A stretch of DNA of 64,000 nt. Source: Verrucomicrobiota bacterium (lineage in GTDB: Bacteria; Verrucomicrobiota; Verrucomicrobiia; Opitutales; Opitutaceae). A program made the translations under genes and the position numbers. The stretch covers positions 9,366-73,365 of the forward strand of contig JAEKKV010000023.1 of NCBI GenBank assembly GCA_019510185.1, given 5' to 3'. The notes under the pieces were generated by a model, which was given only the letters and a program-made list of their open reading frames with translations, did not search any database and was not told where the DNA came from. Shown here in pieces: positions 16,774 through 29,327 of the stretch (the first letter of the stretch is position 1; every line of letters begins with the position of its first letter).

Positions 16774-18810
16774 TTACCCGATCCAGGCGGCGATTTTTTC
16801 GATGAGGGAATCGCGGGCCGGACGATAGACCATTTCCAGCTCGGGGGCGAAGGGGACAGGCATGTCGAGGGCGGCGATGCGAAGCGGCGGGGCTTCGAGC
16901 GAGAAGAAGTGTTCCTCGGTGAGACGGGCGACGAGTTCGGCGCCGAAGCCGTGGGTGCGCCGGCCTTCGTGCAGGACGATGAGCCGGTGGGTGCGTTCGA
17001 GCGACGCCTTGATCGCGTCGAGACGGAGAGGGGCGAGGCCGCGCAGGTCGAAAAGATCGAAGGATTTTTCGTATTCGTTTTGGAAATAAGCGCAGGCCTC
17101 GGCAGCCGGCAGGGTCATCTCGCCGTAGGTGACGAAGGTCGCGTAATCGCCAGCGTGGAGACGCTTGGGCTGCCAGACCTCGCGATAGCCCGGGTCCCAA
17201 GCGACGGGGTGTTTGCCGCGGCGGTAGAGGCCCTTATGCTCGAAGATCAGGACGGGGTTGTTGTCCTCGTAGGCGGCGAGCACGGCGTTGAAGGCATCCT
17301 GTGGTGTGCTCGGATAGATCGCCTTGAGTCCGGGCATGGAGAGAAAGAGTGACTCGAGTTCCTGCGAGTGAAACGAGCCCATGGTGAGGCCGCCGCCGGC
17401 GGGCAGGCGGAAGACTAGCGGAACCGCGGCGCCGGCGCGGAAGTGGTAGGTTGCGGCGTTGAGGGTGATCTGGGTCACCGCTTCGGTGGAGAAATCGGCG
17501 AACTGAAATTCCTCGATGGGCCGGTGGCCGTTGAGCGCGAGGCCGATGGCATAGCCGGTGCAGGCGCTTTCGCAGAGCGGGGTGTTGAAGACCTTGGCGC
17601 GACCGAAATCCTTGAGCAGGCCCTCGGTGACCTTGAAGGCGCCGCCGTAGGTGCCGATGTCCTGGCCGAGAATGAGGGACTCGGGACGCTCGGCGAGGAC
17701 CTTGCGGAGGGCATGGTTGATTGCTTGGGCGAAGGTTAGTTGTTCGGCGGCGGCGGGCTCCGGCTTCCATGGGAAGGCGGAGGAGTCGGGCGCGAAGACG
17801 TCGGCGAGCATGCTGCCGGGTTCGGGGCGCGCGACGGCGAGCGAGACTTGGATGCAGGCCTCGATATAGGCGTTCAGCTCGGTCTCGATTTTTTCGAGGG
17901 CGGCGGCATGACCGGCGGCGACGAGTTGCGCGCGAAATTTCGGGAGGGGATCGGCGGCGAAGAAAGCGTCGGTCTCGCCGGGGAGCAGGTAGTCGCAGGT
18001 GTCGTAGGCGGCGTGGCCGCGCAGACGCAGCGTGTGCGCCTCGATGAGCACGGGGCGCGAGGTGGCGCGGACTTTGTCGATGGCGGCGGCGAGCAGGCGG
18101 GTGGTGGCGGCGACGTCGCCGGTGGCGTCGAGTGAAAAACCCTCGATGCCGTAGCCGGCGGCGCGTTTCCAAAGCTCGGTGCCGGCGGTGAACTGTTCGC
18201 TGACGGGGGTAGAGTAGGCGTACTTGTTGTTTTCGATCACGAACACGACCGGGAGCGAGAGGAGCGAGGCGAGGTTGAGGCACTCGTGGATGTCGCCCGT
18301 GCTGGACGCGCCGTCGCCGAAGAAGGTGAACCCGACCGCGGGTTTGCCCAGGCGGCGCTGCGAATCGGTCATGCCAAGGACGTTCGAGAGCATCGCGCCG
18401 AGGTGGCTGATCATCGGCAGCGAGCGGTTTTTGACGTCGCCGTGGTGAACGTTGCCTTCGCGGGCCCGGGTGGGGCTGCCGGCGTTGGCGAAATACTGGT
18501 TGAGATGATCGCAGAGGTGGTCGCTCCAGATCAGGTGCCCGCCAAAATCCCGGTGCGTGAACGAGATCACGTCGATGGCTTTGTCGGCGAGGAGGGCGAG
18601 GGGGACGATCAGGCCTTCGTTGCCCTGTCCGCCGGTGACGGTGCCGCGGATCAGGCCCTGACGAAAGAGATCGAGGATGCGGTTGTCGCCGGTGCGGGCG
18701 AAGTGCATCCACGCGTAAAGGCGCAGGAGGGCGGAGGTGGGAGCTTGATCAAGCTCGCCGGCGCGCAAGTCGCGCTCGGAGAGGATGGCGGGAGGTTTGG
18801 GAAAGGCCAT
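16774..18810 (-). CDS. 2-oxoacid dehydrogenase E1, fused alpha/beta subunit
   Basis: TPP motif GDGASSTG...ENN; beta-domain GQDIG...NTPLCE...EFQFADF. Start chosen at MAFPKP. Confidence 0.92.
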   Translation of the reverse strand: MAFPKPPAILSERDLRAGELDQAPTSALLRLYAWMHFARTGDNRILDLFRQGLIRGTVTGGQGNEGLIVPLALLADKAIDVISFTHRDFGGHLIWSDHLCDHLNQYFANAGSPTRAREGNVHHGDVKNRSLPMISHLGAMLSNVLGMTDSQRRLGKPAVGFTFFGDGASSTGDIHECLNLASLLSLPVVFVIENNKYAYSTPVSEQFTAGTELWKRAAGYGIEGFSLDATGDVAATTRLLAAAIDKVRATSRPVLIEAHTLRLRGHAAYDTCDYLLPGETDAFFAADPLPKFRAQLVAAGHAAALEKIETELNAYIEACIQVSLAVARPEPGSMLADVFAPDSSAFPWKPEPAAAEQLTFAQAINHALRKVLAERPESLILGQDIGTYGGAFKVTEGLLKDFGRAKVFNTPLCESACTGYAIGLALNGHRPIEEFQFADFSTEAVTQITLNAATYHFRAGAAVPLVFRLPAGGGLTMGSFHSQELESLFLSMPGLKAIYPSTPQDAFNAVLAAYEDNNPVLIFEHKGLYRRGKHPVAWDPGYREVWQPKRLHAGDYATFVTYGEMTLPAAEACAYFQNEYEKSFDLFDLRGLAPLRLDAIKASLERTHRLIVLHEGRRTHGFGAELVARLTEEHFFSLEAPPLRIAALDMPVPFAPELEMVYRPARDSLIEKIAAWIG

Positions 18811-18896
18811 GTCCAGGGCGCGACGGTGAAGGGTGCGCGCGGCGTGGGCAAGCGAGAGATTTGCGAGGCCGGCCGGAGCGCCGTGCGCGCGGCCGC

Positions 18897-19418
18897 CTAA
18901 TAGCGGTCCATGACGAAAAACATCACCCACACGAGGCTGATGTTTCCCAACGTAAAGAGGGCGATGATCGACACGAAAACCATGGGGTTCATCGGCAGCC
19001 GGAACGCGAGGAGGCCCACGGCGAGATTGAGCGCGCCAAAGAGGATCCAGAAGTCCTGCTTGCGCCGATTGGACCGGGGCGGAAGCGGTTTGAGCAGTTC
19101 GCCGGCCGCGGCCTCCTGCCGGGCGAGATTGCTCCGCAGCATCTCATGCACGCTGGTCGCTTGCGTGGGCGTGGTGGTGTTAACGGACTCGATCGTCTTG
19201 GCCGCCAGCGTAAAGACGGCCTTTTCCGGGAAAAGACCCGCGCTCAACCCTTCGCATTCGCGCAGCGGCAGCCAAGCTTCCGGCTCGTCTTCAAAGGCCA
19301 CCAGCGTTTCGCGGTCGATGACGCGAATCTCCGCTTTCTGGCAGAGCACGGCGAGGGTGTGCGGCCCGGTGCGACGTCCGTCCTCCATCAGAAAATAACG
19401 AGGCGACACGGGGCTCAT
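18897..19418 (-). CDS. GYF_2/DUF4339 domain membrane protein
   Basis: YFLMEDGRRTGPHTL...W N-terminus and two C-terminal TM helices. Confidence 0.7.
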   Translation of the reverse strand: MSPVSPRYFLMEDGRRTGPHTLAVLCQKAEIRVIDRETLVAFEDEPEAWLPLRECEGLSAGLFPEKAVFTLAAKTIESVNTTTPTQATSVHEMLRSNLARQEAAAGELLKPLPPRSNRRKQDFWILFGALNLAVGLLAFRLPMNPMVFVSIIALFTLGNISLVWVMFFVMDRY

Positions 19419-19421
19419 GGT

Positions 19422-20402
19422 TCAGGCGGCGGCGGACCGGGAGGAGGCGTCGATTTTTTCGAGCACGTCGGGCGTGAGGTGGGGAAGAAGATCGAGCGCC
19501 TCTAAGTTTTCCCGAAGCTGCTCCGGGCGAGAGGCGCCGAGGATGACGGTGCTGACGCGCGGATTTTTGAGGCACCAGGCGATGGCGAGGCGCGGCAGCG
19601 TGGTGCCGAGTCCGTCGGCGATGGCGGCGAGTTTTTTCACGGCGGCGAGCTTGGGTTCCGCGTCGGCACCGAGGATGGTTTCGCGCAGCCATTCCATGCC
19701 GGGGGTGCCGAGGCGGGAGTCGGCGGGCACGCCGTGATTGTACTTGCCGGTGAGGAGCCCGCTCGCGAGCGGCGACCAGGTGGTGAGGCCGAGACCGTTC
19801 CGCTGGTACAAGGGAGCGTATTCTTTCTCCACGCGGGAGCGGTGGAGCAGGTTGTATTGCGGCTGCTCCATCACGGGGGCGTGCAGGTTGAGACGGTCGC
19901 AGATGGTGAAGGCCTCCGTGATTTCGTCGACGGACCATTCGCTCGTGCCCCAGTAGAGAACCTTGCCTTGAATGATGAGGTCGTGCATCGCGCGAACGGT
20001 TTCCTGGAGGGGAGTTTCCGGGTCCGGCCGATGGCAGTAGTAAAGATCGAGATAATCGACCTGCAGGCGTTTGAGCGCGTCGTGACAGGCCTCGACGATG
20101 TGTTTGCGGGAGAGGCCGGTCTGGTTGGGTTTGTCGTCTTCCCAGCCGAAAAAGACCTTGCTAGAAACGAGGTAGCTGCTGCGCCGCCAGCCGCTGTTTT
20201 TGAGAATGTCGCCCATCACCAGCTCGGCTTTTCCGTCGGCGTAGCCCTCGGCGTTGTCGAAGAAATTCACGCCCGCGTCATAGGCGGTATGGAGAAGCTG
20301 TCGGGCGACGGGATCGCCGATCTGCCGGCCAAAGGTCACCCAGGCGCCGAAGGACAACGCACTGACTTTAAGGCCGGAACGTCCGAGGGGGCGGTAGTCC
20401 AT
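19422..20402 (-). CDS. Aldo/keto reductase (Kv-beta-like)
   Basis: [28 protein letters not shown] and [15 protein letters not shown]. Confidence 0.95.
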   Translation of the reverse strand: MDYRPLGRSGLKVSALSFGAWVTFGRQIGDPVARQLLHTAYDAGVNFFDNAEGYADGKAELVMGDILKNSGWRRSSYLVSSKVFFGWEDDKPNQTGLSRKHIVEACHDALKRLQVDYLDLYYCHRPDPETPLQETVRAMHDLIIQGKVLYWGTSEWSVDEITEAFTICDRLNLHAPVMEQPQYNLLHRSRVEKEYAPLYQRNGLGLTTWSPLASGLLTGKYNHGVPADSRLGTPGMEWLRETILGADAEPKLAAVKKLAAIADGLGTTLPRLAIAWCLKNPRVSTVILGASRPEQLRENLEALDLLPHLTPDVLEKIDASSRSAAA

Positions 20403-20459
20403 GCCGGAAAGATGGCGTGTTCGAGGCCCGCTGTCTAACGGCGAATGCGAAAGGTTTCG

Positions 20460-20993
20460 CTAGACCGGGGTGCGGGCGAGCGCGCGGGCGCGGCGTTTGA
20501 CCCAGAGGACGCGCGCGACGTAGATGACGACCACGAGGTTGAGCGCGAGGAGGCCGAATTTGATCGCGGTGGAATGCTTGATCAGCGCCGCGATTTCGAA
20601 AGGGAGATAGAACATGCCGCCAAGGACGGCGAGCCACTCGGCCCAGCCGCGGTTTTTCCACAGGCCGTAGGCCTCGGCGAAACGCATCGCCGAATAAAAA
20701 ATCGCCAGCATCGAAACCATCCAGAGCTGGGTATTGGTGACCTGGGACGCCAGCTGCACGAAAATGCGCGGGTAGTGGCTGGCGGGATTGAGCTGGAGCT
20801 GCCGCACGATGTTCTCGGCGATGCGGCTGGCGTCGCGATTGAGCAGACTGAGCGCGCCGACGCCGGCGGCCAGCACCAGCACGCCCTTCGTCGCCTCGAA
20901 GAAGGCGACGATGTGCAAGCCTCGGGAGAGGCGCACCGGCAGGTTCGCGTCTGGCGCGGCCTTGGCCGGCGAAACACGGGGGGACTCAGACAT
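20460..20993 (-). CDS. DUF2127 membrane protein
   Basis: AFFEATKG, EAYGLW...WAEW and YLPFE pattern. Confidence 0.85.
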   Translation of the reverse strand: MSESPRVSPAKAAPDANLPVRLSRGLHIVAFFEATKGVLVLAAGVGALSLLNRDASRIAENIVRQLQLNPASHYPRIFVQLASQVTNTQLWMVSMLAIFYSAMRFAEAYGLWKNRGWAEWLAVLGGMFYLPFEIAALIKHSTAIKFGLLALNLVVVIYVARVLWVKRRARALARTPV

Positions 20994-21435
20994 CGAGCTT
21001 TTCGATTTTTTGAATGCGGGCGATGTGGCGTCCGCCTTCGAATTCCGTGGCGAGCCACGTCCGGGCGATCTGGATCGCTTCGCTTTCGCTCACGGTGCGC
21101 TGGCCTAGCGAGAGCACGTTGCCGTCGTTGTGGGAGCGGTTCCAGATGGCGACCTGCTCGTTCCAGCAAAGACCGCAGCGGATGCCTTTGACCTTGTTGG
21201 CGACGATGGCTTCGCCGTTGCCGGAGCCGCCGAGCACGATGCCACGTGCAAACTCGCCGCGGGCCACGGCCTCGGCGGTGGGGCGGATGAAGTCCGGATA
21301 ATCGCAGGGAGCGTCGGAATAGGTGCCGAAATCGCGCACCGTATGGCCGTCGGCGAGGAGGGCGGCTTTGATGGCTTCTTTGTAAGCGAAGCCGGCATGA
21401 TCGGAACCGATGGCAATGGAGAAGGTCTTCTTCAT
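20986..21435 (-). CDS. rpiB: Ribose-5-phosphate isomerase B
   Basis: GSDHAG, DYPDF, GGSGNGEAIVANKVKGIR and FEGGRH. Confidence 0.93.
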   Translation of the reverse strand: MKKTFSIAIGSDHAGFAYKEAIKAALLADGHTVRDFGTYSDAPCDYPDFIRPTAEAVARGEFARGIVLGGSGNGEAIVANKVKGIRCGLCWNEQVAIWNRSHNDGNVLSLGQRTVSESEAIQIARTWLATEFEGGRHIARIQKIEKLDV

Positions 21436-21512
21436 GAAAGGAGGGGGCGGATCTGTAAGGTGTCGTTATTCGGGGCTCGTCCGGTGGCAGCAAATCAAAA
21501 TTCTCACACACC

Positions 21513-21938
21513 ATGAAGACTTCCATTCTTCTTTTCACGGCCTTGCTGGCCTTGTTGCTTGCCGGTTGCTCTTCGCCCTCGTCACGGATCGCCGCAAATC
21601 GGGAGGCTTTCGCCACTTACCCCGCCGAAGTGCAGGCCAAAATCCGCGCCGGCGAGGTGGCGGTGGGCTTTACGCCCGAGCAGGTCAAAATGGCTTTGGG
21701 CAAACCGGATCGCGTTTACACGCGCACCACGGAGACGGGCGTGTCCACCATTTGGGTTTATCGCGAGACTTCGGCCGGCTTCGGTTTTGGTCTCGGCGTG
21801 GCCGGCTACAGCGGCGTCTCTTCCAGCGCGGGCGCCGGAGTCGGGGTGGAAACCGGCTCGGGTGGCGCCGTGGACGACCGGCTGCGGGTGGTGTTCACCG
21901 CCGGCCGGGTGACGGCGATCGAGAAAATGACCCGGTGA
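21513..21938 (+). CDS. Lipoprotein, SmpA/OmlA-like
   Basis: Lipobox LLAGC; GFTPEQVKMALGKP motif; Gly-rich segment. Confidence 0.75.
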   Translation: MKTSILLFTALLALLLAGCSSPSSRIAANREAFATYPAEVQAKIRAGEVAVGFTPEQVKMALGKPDRVYTRTTETGVSTIWVYRETSAGFGFGLGVAGYSGVSSSAGAGVGVETGSGGAVDDRLRVVFTAGRVTAIEKMTR

Positions 21939-21971
21939 AAACACCGGGTGGGATTTTCCGCCGCGTCCGGA

Positions 21972-23366
<1,395 letters not shown>

Positions 23367-23437
23367 TTTACGGGAGGAAACGAGGCCAGCGGAGAGGATG
23401 GAGATGCCGTTCCTTCCGCTGGCTTCTGTTAAGGATT

Positions 23438-24652
23438 TTAAACGCTGAGCAGGAGCCGCGACGGGTCTTCGATGGCCTGCTTGACCTTCACGAGGAAGGT
23501 GACGGCTTCCTTGCCGTCGACGAGGCGGTGGTCGTAGCTGAGCGCCAAATACATCATCGGACGGATGACGACCTGGCCGTTGACGGCCATCGGGCGGTCA
23601 TTGATCGCATGGAGGCCGAGGATGGCGCTCTGCGGGGCGTTGAGGATGGGCGTCGAGAGCATCGAGCCGAAGATGCCGCCGTTGGTGATCGTGAAGACGC
23701 CGCCTTCAAGATCGGCGAGGGTGATCTTGCCGTCGCGCGCCTTTTTGGCGACGTCACCGATGGCTTTCTCAATCTCCGCCATGCCGAGCTGGTCGGCGGC
23801 GCGGATAACGGGGACCATCAGGCCTTTCTCAGTCGAGACGGCCACGCCGATGTCATAGTAATTGTTCTGGAGGATCTCGTCGCCGGCGAACTGGGCGTTG
23901 ATCGCGGGGACTTCCTTGAGGGCGTTGACGACGGCCTTGGTGAAAAACGACATGAAGCCGAGCTTGAGGCCGTGCTTCTTGACGAAATCGTCCTGGTATT
24001 TGGCGCGCAGAGCCATGACGGCGGACATGTCGACCTCGTTGAAAGTCGTGAGCATGGCGGCCTCGTGCTGGGCCTGGACGAGACGCTCGGCGATGCGCTT
24101 GCGCAGGGGCGTGAGTTTCTTGCGCGTCTGCTTTTCGCCGGAGGCGGCCGGAGCCGGCGTGAAGGCGGCGGGCTTCGGGGCGGCGGGAGCGGCCGGCGGA
24201 TTCGCGACTTGGGCTTTGGGTTCGGGAGTTTCCGCGGTGGCGGTCGCGGCAAGCATGTCGCCTTTGGTGACGCGGCCGGCCTTGCCAGTGCCGGTGACGG
24301 TGGCGGGGTTGAGGCCGGTCTCGGCGGCCACGCGGCGGACGGCCGGGGATTGGACCTCGTTTTTGGCGGCGACCTCGGGAGCGGCGGCCTTCGACTCGCC
24401 GGCGCCGGCGATCACGGAGGTGTCGAGGGTGGCGACGATCTCGCCGATCTTCACTTCGGCGCCAGCGGCGGCCTTGAGGCTGATTTTCCCGGCGGTCTCG
24501 GCCGTGCCTTCGGACGTGATCTTGTCCGTCTCCAGCTCGAAGAGCGGCTGGTCTTTTTTGACGATGTCACCGTCCTTGACGTGCCATTTGGCGAGGACGC
24601 CGGAGCTGATGGATTCGCCGAGGGGCGGGATTTTAACTTCGATGAGAGACAT
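23438..24652 (-). CDS. odhB: 2-oxoglutarate dehydrogenase E2 (dihydrolipoamide succinyltransferase)
   Basis: Lipoyl ETDK, E3-binding [12 protein letters not shown] and catalytic YDHRLVDG; start chosen at MSLIEV. Confidence 0.96.
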   Translation of the reverse strand: MSLIEVKIPPLGESISSGVLAKWHVKDGDIVKKDQPLFELETDKITSEGTAETAGKISLKAAAGAEVKIGEIVATLDTSVIAGAGESKAAAPEVAAKNEVQSPAVRRVAAETGLNPATVTGTGKAGRVTKGDMLAATATAETPEPKAQVANPPAAPAAPKPAAFTPAPAASGEKQTRKKLTPLRKRIAERLVQAQHEAAMLTTFNEVDMSAVMALRAKYQDDFVKKHGLKLGFMSFFTKAVVNALKEVPAINAQFAGDEILQNNYYDIGVAVSTEKGLMVPVIRAADQLGMAEIEKAIGDVAKKARDGKITLADLEGGVFTITNGGIFGSMLSTPILNAPQSAILGLHAINDRPMAVNGQVVIRPMMYLALSYDHRLVDGKEAVTFLVKVKQAIEDPSRLLLSV

Positions 24653-24690
24653 TGAAAAGGTTGGGAGTTGAAAACTGAGAGTGGGCCGGG

Positions 24691-27432
24691 TCAGAGCGTG
24701 AAGGCGTCCTTGAGGAAGGCGGCGAGTTCGAGTTTGTGGATGGCGAGGGATCCGACGGCCGGGGAGGCGGAGGCGTCGCGGCCGGCATAGGCGGGCTTGC
24801 GTCCGAAGATTTCCTCGAGCTGGGGGGCGATGAAGCTCCAGCCACCGTTGTTCTGCGATTCCTCCTGCACCCACACGAGGCGGGCGTTGCCGTGAGCCTG
24901 GGCGATCTCGGCCAGCTTGGCCTTGTTGAGCGGATAGAGCTGCTCAACGCGCACGATGGCGGTGTCGGCGATCTTGTGCGTCGTGCGGTAGGCATCGAGG
25001 TCGTAATAGACTTTGCCGGAGCAGAGCAGGAGGCGTTTGGCGGCCTTGGGAGCCTGCGCATCCTCGATGATCTCCTGGAACCCGCCGGTGGTGAAGTCGG
25101 CAAGCGGGGAGGTGGCGGCGGGAAGACGCAGGAGCGACTTGGGCGACATGACGATCAGCGGCTTCTTGAAGTCGCGCCGCATCTGGCGGCGAAGGGCGTG
25201 GAAATAATTCGCCGGCGTCGTGATGTTGGCGACCTGGATGTTGTCCTCGGCGCAGAGCTGGAGGAAGCGTTCGAGGCGGGCGGAGGAGTGCTCGGGCCCC
25301 TGGCCTTCGTAGCCGTGGGGAAGGAGCAGGACGAGGCCGCTGGTGCGCTGCCACTTCGACTCGGAGGAGGCGATGAACTGGTCGATCACGACTTGGGCGC
25401 CGTTGGCGAAATCGCCGAACTGCGCTTCCCAGATGCAGAGCATGCGCTCGTAATCGAGGGAGTAGCCGTAATCGAAGCCGAGCACGGCGGCCTCGGACAG
25501 AAGTGAGTTGTAGACGCAAAAACGTTCCTGCTTTTCGTCGAGGTTGAGCAGGGGGACGTATTTCTCGCGCGTTTCGAAATCGTAGAGGACGGCGTGACGG
25601 TGGCTGAAGGTGCCGCGTTCGCAGTCCTGTCCGCTGAGACGCACCGGAGTCCCCTCGACGAGGAGCGTGCCGAAGGCGAGCGCTTCGCCGAAGCCCCAAT
25701 CAACCGGGCCGCCTTCTTTGTGGGCCTGCACGCGTGTCTCGAGGAAACGCTTGATCTTGGGGTTAACCTTGAAGTTGGCCGGAACCTTGGTGAGGCCATT
25801 CACGACCTTGGCGATGATGTCGGCGGAGACGCCGGTGGGCACGGACGCGTGGCTGTAGCCGGGCTGGAAGATGGCGCTGGAGCCGCGGAACTGGTCGCCT
25901 TTTTCGCCGGCGGCGAGGCGGGCGGCCTCGGCGGCCTTGGCCTTTTCGAAGGAGGCTTCCATGGCGGCGGTGTACTCGGCCTTGATGGCCTCGGCCCCGG
26001 CGGCATTGACGGTGTCCTCCTTGTCGAGGCGCTCGGCGTAGGTCGTGGAGATGAGCGGGTGGGCGCCGATCTTCTTGTACAGCGTGGGCTGGGTGAAGGC
26101 TGGCTCGTCGCTCTCGTTGTGGCCGTGCCGGCGGTAGCAATACATGTCGATCACGACGTCGCGCTGGAACTTCACGCGGAACTCCAAGGCAAGGCGCGTC
26201 ACGTAACAGACCGCCTCGGGATCGTCGCCGTTCACGTGGAAGATCGGCGCCTCGATCATCTTGGCGACGTCGGTGCAGTAGCGCGTCGAGCGGGCGTCGC
26301 TCGGCAGGGTGGTGAAGCCGATCTGGTTGTTGATGACGAAGTGGACGGTGCCGCCCGTGCGATAGCCGGGGAGCTGCGAGAAGTTGAGCGTCTCGGGGAC
26401 GACGCCCTGGCCGGCGAAGGCGGCGTCGCCGTGAATGAGGAAGGGAAGGACGCGGCGGCGCTCGACGTCGCCGCGGATGCGCTGGCGGGCGCGGGCCTTG
26501 CCCTCGACCACGGGATTGACGATCTCCAGGTGCGACGGGTTGGCGGCGAGGCGGACCTCGATCGTCTTGCCGGCCGCGGTTTTCAATTCGGCCTCGTAGC
26601 CGAGGTGGTATTTCACGTCACCATCTCCGCCGACGGCGTGGGGAATGTAGTTTTCGGAAAATTGCTCGAAGAGAACCTCGAAGGGTTTGCGCAGAATGTT
26701 CGTGAGCACGCTGAGGCGGCCGCGATGGGCCATGCCCATGACGATCTCCTCTACGCCGACATCGGGGCAGTGCTCGATCAGCGCGTCGAACGCCGCGATC
26801 ATCGTTTCGCCGCCTTCGAGCGAGAAACGCTTCTGGCCGACAAAACGAGTATGGAGGAATTTTTCGAAGAGCTCGGCCTTGAAGAGACGGCGCAGGATGC
26901 GGACCTTTTGGTCACGGGCAAAGGCCGGGCGGTTGTGCGAGGCCTCCATGCGGGCCTGGAGCCAGTCGCGGGCGTCGAGGTCCTGCATGTGGAGGTATTC
27001 CACACCGATGTGGCCGCAGTAGGTTTCGTTGAGAGCGGCGACGAGCGCGCGGAGCTTCATCTGGCCGCCTTCCTTGAAATTGCCGACGGAGAACGACTCG
27101 TCGAGATCGGCGTCCGTCAAGCCGAAGTGCTGGTAATTCAGACGGCTGAACGGCGCGGGCGGGGGGCTGAGCGGATCGAGGTGCGCCTGCATGTGGCCGT
27201 GGGCGCGGTAGGCGTTGATCAGGCGCAACACCTGGGCCTGCTTCGAGCTGTCGAGCACCGAGACGGCGGCGCCGGTCGCGCCACCGAGGCCGGAGCCGTT
27301 GCTACCGAGGGAAAAACCTTGAAAGAAGGCCCGCCAAGTGGGGTCTACGGAATCGGGATTTTCGAGCCACGCGCTGTAAGCGGCTTCGATGACATCGGAG
27401 TTGGCGCGCGTGGACAGGGACAGGGAGTTCAT
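24691..27432 (-). CDS. sucA: 2-oxoglutarate dehydrogenase E1
   Basis: [33 protein letters not shown] and [13 protein letters not shown]. Confidence 0.98.
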   Translation of the reverse strand: MNSLSLSTRANSDVIEAAYSAWLENPDSVDPTWRAFFQGFSLGSNGSGLGGATGAAVSVLDSSKQAQVLRLINAYRAHGHMQAHLDPLSPPPAPFSRLNYQHFGLTDADLDESFSVGNFKEGGQMKLRALVAALNETYCGHIGVEYLHMQDLDARDWLQARMEASHNRPAFARDQKVRILRRLFKAELFEKFLHTRFVGQKRFSLEGGETMIAAFDALIEHCPDVGVEEIVMGMAHRGRLSVLTNILRKPFEVLFEQFSENYIPHAVGGDGDVKYHLGYEAELKTAAGKTIEVRLAANPSHLEIVNPVVEGKARARQRIRGDVERRRVLPFLIHGDAAFAGQGVVPETLNFSQLPGYRTGGTVHFVINNQIGFTTLPSDARSTRYCTDVAKMIEAPIFHVNGDDPEAVCYVTRLALEFRVKFQRDVVIDMYCYRRHGHNESDEPAFTQPTLYKKIGAHPLISTTYAERLDKEDTVNAAGAEAIKAEYTAAMEASFEKAKAAEAARLAAGEKGDQFRGSSAIFQPGYSHASVPTGVSADIIAKVVNGLTKVPANFKVNPKIKRFLETRVQAHKEGGPVDWGFGEALAFGTLLVEGTPVRLSGQDCERGTFSHRHAVLYDFETREKYVPLLNLDEKQERFCVYNSLLSEAAVLGFDYGYSLDYERMLCIWEAQFGDFANGAQVVIDQFIASSESKWQRTSGLVLLLPHGYEGQGPEHSSARLERFLQLCAEDNIQVANITTPANYFHALRRQMRRDFKKPLIVMSPKSLLRLPAATSPLADFTTGGFQEIIEDAQAPKAAKRLLLCSGKVYYDLDAYRTTHKIADTAIVRVEQLYPLNKAKLAEIAQAHGNARLVWVQEESQNNGGWSFIAPQLEEIFGRKPAYAGRDASASPAVGSLAIHKLELAAFLKDAFTL

Positions 27433-27638
27433 GGAGGAGAAAAGAAAAGCAAACCGGACAGCCCAAGGGGAGAGCGCGCGGCTTGCTTATTGCATGGGAT
27501 CAATACAAAGGAAAAGTTGCCCAACGTGATTTAGAAGATTCCGTTACTCAAGCGCGTTCCCGCCTTCCTGAAAGCGCGGGACACGATGTGAATTTTTCTT
27601 ACAGCCACGCTTTATCTGATAAGTTTTATTAATTCAAA

Positions 27639-27905
27639 ATGGAGCCCGAAATCAAAGCCTCCCTCGTTGCCCTGTTGGCCGGAATCACGTCTGGCGATGG
27701 AAAGACCATCGCCGCGGAGATGGGGCGCCTGGATGGATTTCTGGAGGCGGGCAGGGCCACGCTTCACCCGCAACTGGTTCACTTTCTGGAGCGTAGGAGC
27801 TACGCCAAGGCGGTGATGTTTTTGGGCGGGGAAAGCGATATTCCCGTGGGGATTTGCGGGGGACGCGCGGGCCGCAGTCCGGCGCCGCCCGGGATCCGCG
27901 CATAA
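27639..27905 (+). CDS. Conserved-looking hypothetical protein (88 aa)
   Basis: ATG after an AT-rich promoter region; LHPQLVHFLERRSYAKA helix. Confidence 0.65.
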   Translation: MEPEIKASLVALLAGITSGDGKTIAAEMGRLDGFLEAGRATLHPQLVHFLERRSYAKAVMFLGGESDIPVGICGGRAGRSPAPPGIRA

Positions 27906-27937
27906 GATTGGTTTCCCGGAGACGTTTTCAATAGCTT

Positions 27938-28333
27938 ATGAGTAAAGAAAGGATTTCCACGGACGGGGGACGGGATCTCGGCCATAATCCCTTTGGGGCA
28001 TTGAGCGGATTGGGTCTGCCGGACAAGTCGCAGGGAGCTCCGCAGCCTGCCAAATCGCCGGCGGCCAGTCCGGCTGTGCCGGTGAAAAACCGCGGGCGCG
28101 TCGAGGTTTTGCGCACCACCGCGGGACGTGGCGGCAAGACGGTGACCGTTGCCCGGGCGTTCATCGGCATTGGGTTGCGGGAAAAGGAGCAGCTGGCAAA
28201 AAAAATGCAGCGGGTCTGCGGCTGCGGCGGCACCGTCAAAGACGGGCAGATCGAAATCCAGGGAGACAAACGCGACGAGGTCGCGCGGATTTTGACCGAA
28301 GCGGGCTTCCGACCGGTGATGGCCGGCGGCTGA
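27938..28333 (+). CDS. SUI1/YciH-family translation initiation factor
   Basis: GRGGKTVTV, CGCGGTVKDGQIEIQGD motifs. Confidence 0.9.
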   Translation: MSKERISTDGGRDLGHNPFGALSGLGLPDKSQGAPQPAKSPAASPAVPVKNRGRVEVLRTTAGRGGKTVTVARAFIGIGLREKEQLAKKMQRVCGCGGTVKDGQIEIQGDKRDEVARILTEAGFRPVMAGG

Positions 28334-28379
28334 GCCCGTTGGTAAAATTACCAACGCCAAATCCTCGCATGCCCCGCCG

Positions 28380-29258
28380 TTAGGCGGCCAGTCCGGCCGC
28401 GAGGGCGAGGGCGCTTTTGGCGCGATTGAGGATGTAGAGGTGATAACCGGGCGCGCCCTGCGCCAGCAGGTCGCGAATTTGCGTGAGCGCCCAATCGATG
28501 CCCACCGCTTCGACGGCGTCGGTGCTGTCGCCGGCGGCCTCGAGGCGCTTCACGAGTTTTTCCGGCAGCGTGGTGCCGCACATCGAGGTGAAGCGCTGGA
28601 TTTGCTTGAGGGAAAGCACCGGCATGATGCCGGGGACGATCGGCACGGTGATGCCGCGGGCGCGGCACTGCGCGACAAAGCGGTAGTACACGGCGTTGTC
28701 GAAGAAGAGCTGGGTGGTGACGAACGCCGCGCCCGCGTCGACCTTGCGCTTGAGGTGATCGAGGTCGGCGTCGAGCGAGGAGGCTTCGGGGTGTTTCTCG
28801 GGATAACCGCCCACGCCGAGGCAGAAGTCGGCATGGCGCGCCTTGAGCAAGGCGACGAGTTCGCTGGCGTAGCGCAGGCCGTCGGCGGCGACTTGGAACT
28901 CGGCTGCGCCTTTGGGCGGATCGCCGCGCAATGTCATGATGTTGCGAAATCCACCGTCATGAATGCGATCGGCCAGCGCGTTCAGCTCGGTGCGCGAGTG
29001 CCCGACGCAGGTGAGGTGGGGCATGACGGTGAATCCCAGCTCGTCCTTTAAGAGCGCCGAAACTTGGGCGGTCCGCTCGCGGGTGCTGCCGCCGGCACCA
29101 TAGGTTACCGAAACAAAATCCGGCGCGATCCGCTTGAGGGCAATGGCCGTCGCCCGCAGATGGCTTACGCCTTCATCGTCCTTGGGCGGAAAAAATTCCA
29201 GCGAACGCAGCGGACGGTCTTCGGCAAAAAGGGAGGAGATGGGCCGGTCGAGATTCAT
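28380..29258 (-). CDS. metF: 5,10-methylenetetrahydrofolate reductase
   Basis: EFFPPK, SVTYGAGG, HLTCVG, LRGDPP, YPEKH and TQLFFD. Confidence 0.96.
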   Translation of the reverse strand: MNLDRPISSLFAEDRPLRSLEFFPPKDDEGVSHLRATAIALKRIAPDFVSVTYGAGGSTRERTAQVSALLKDELGFTVMPHLTCVGHSRTELNALADRIHDGGFRNIMTLRGDPPKGAAEFQVAADGLRYASELVALLKARHADFCLGVGGYPEKHPEASSLDADLDHLKRKVDAGAAFVTTQLFFDNAVYYRFVAQCRARGITVPIVPGIMPVLSLKQIQRFTSMCGTTLPEKLVKRLEAAGDSTDAVEAVGIDWALTQIRDLLAQGAPGYHLYILNRAKSALALAAGLAA

Positions 29259-29327
29259 TACGAATCAACATATGCGTACTTGTTGATATGATGTAAAGCG
29301 GGACTTTTGACGAAGCTGGGAGGGCAT

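Noticed and set aside
23385-23423. GCCAGCGGA/TCCGCTGGC stem between odhB and lpdA
   Set aside because: Ordinary intercistronic stem-loop without a U tract; no evidence of a repeat family or ncRNA.
27612-27622. Palindrome TTATCTGATAA in the sucA divergent promoter region
   Set aside because: Only 5-bp arms in an AT-rich stretch, so plausible by chance; no second copy found.
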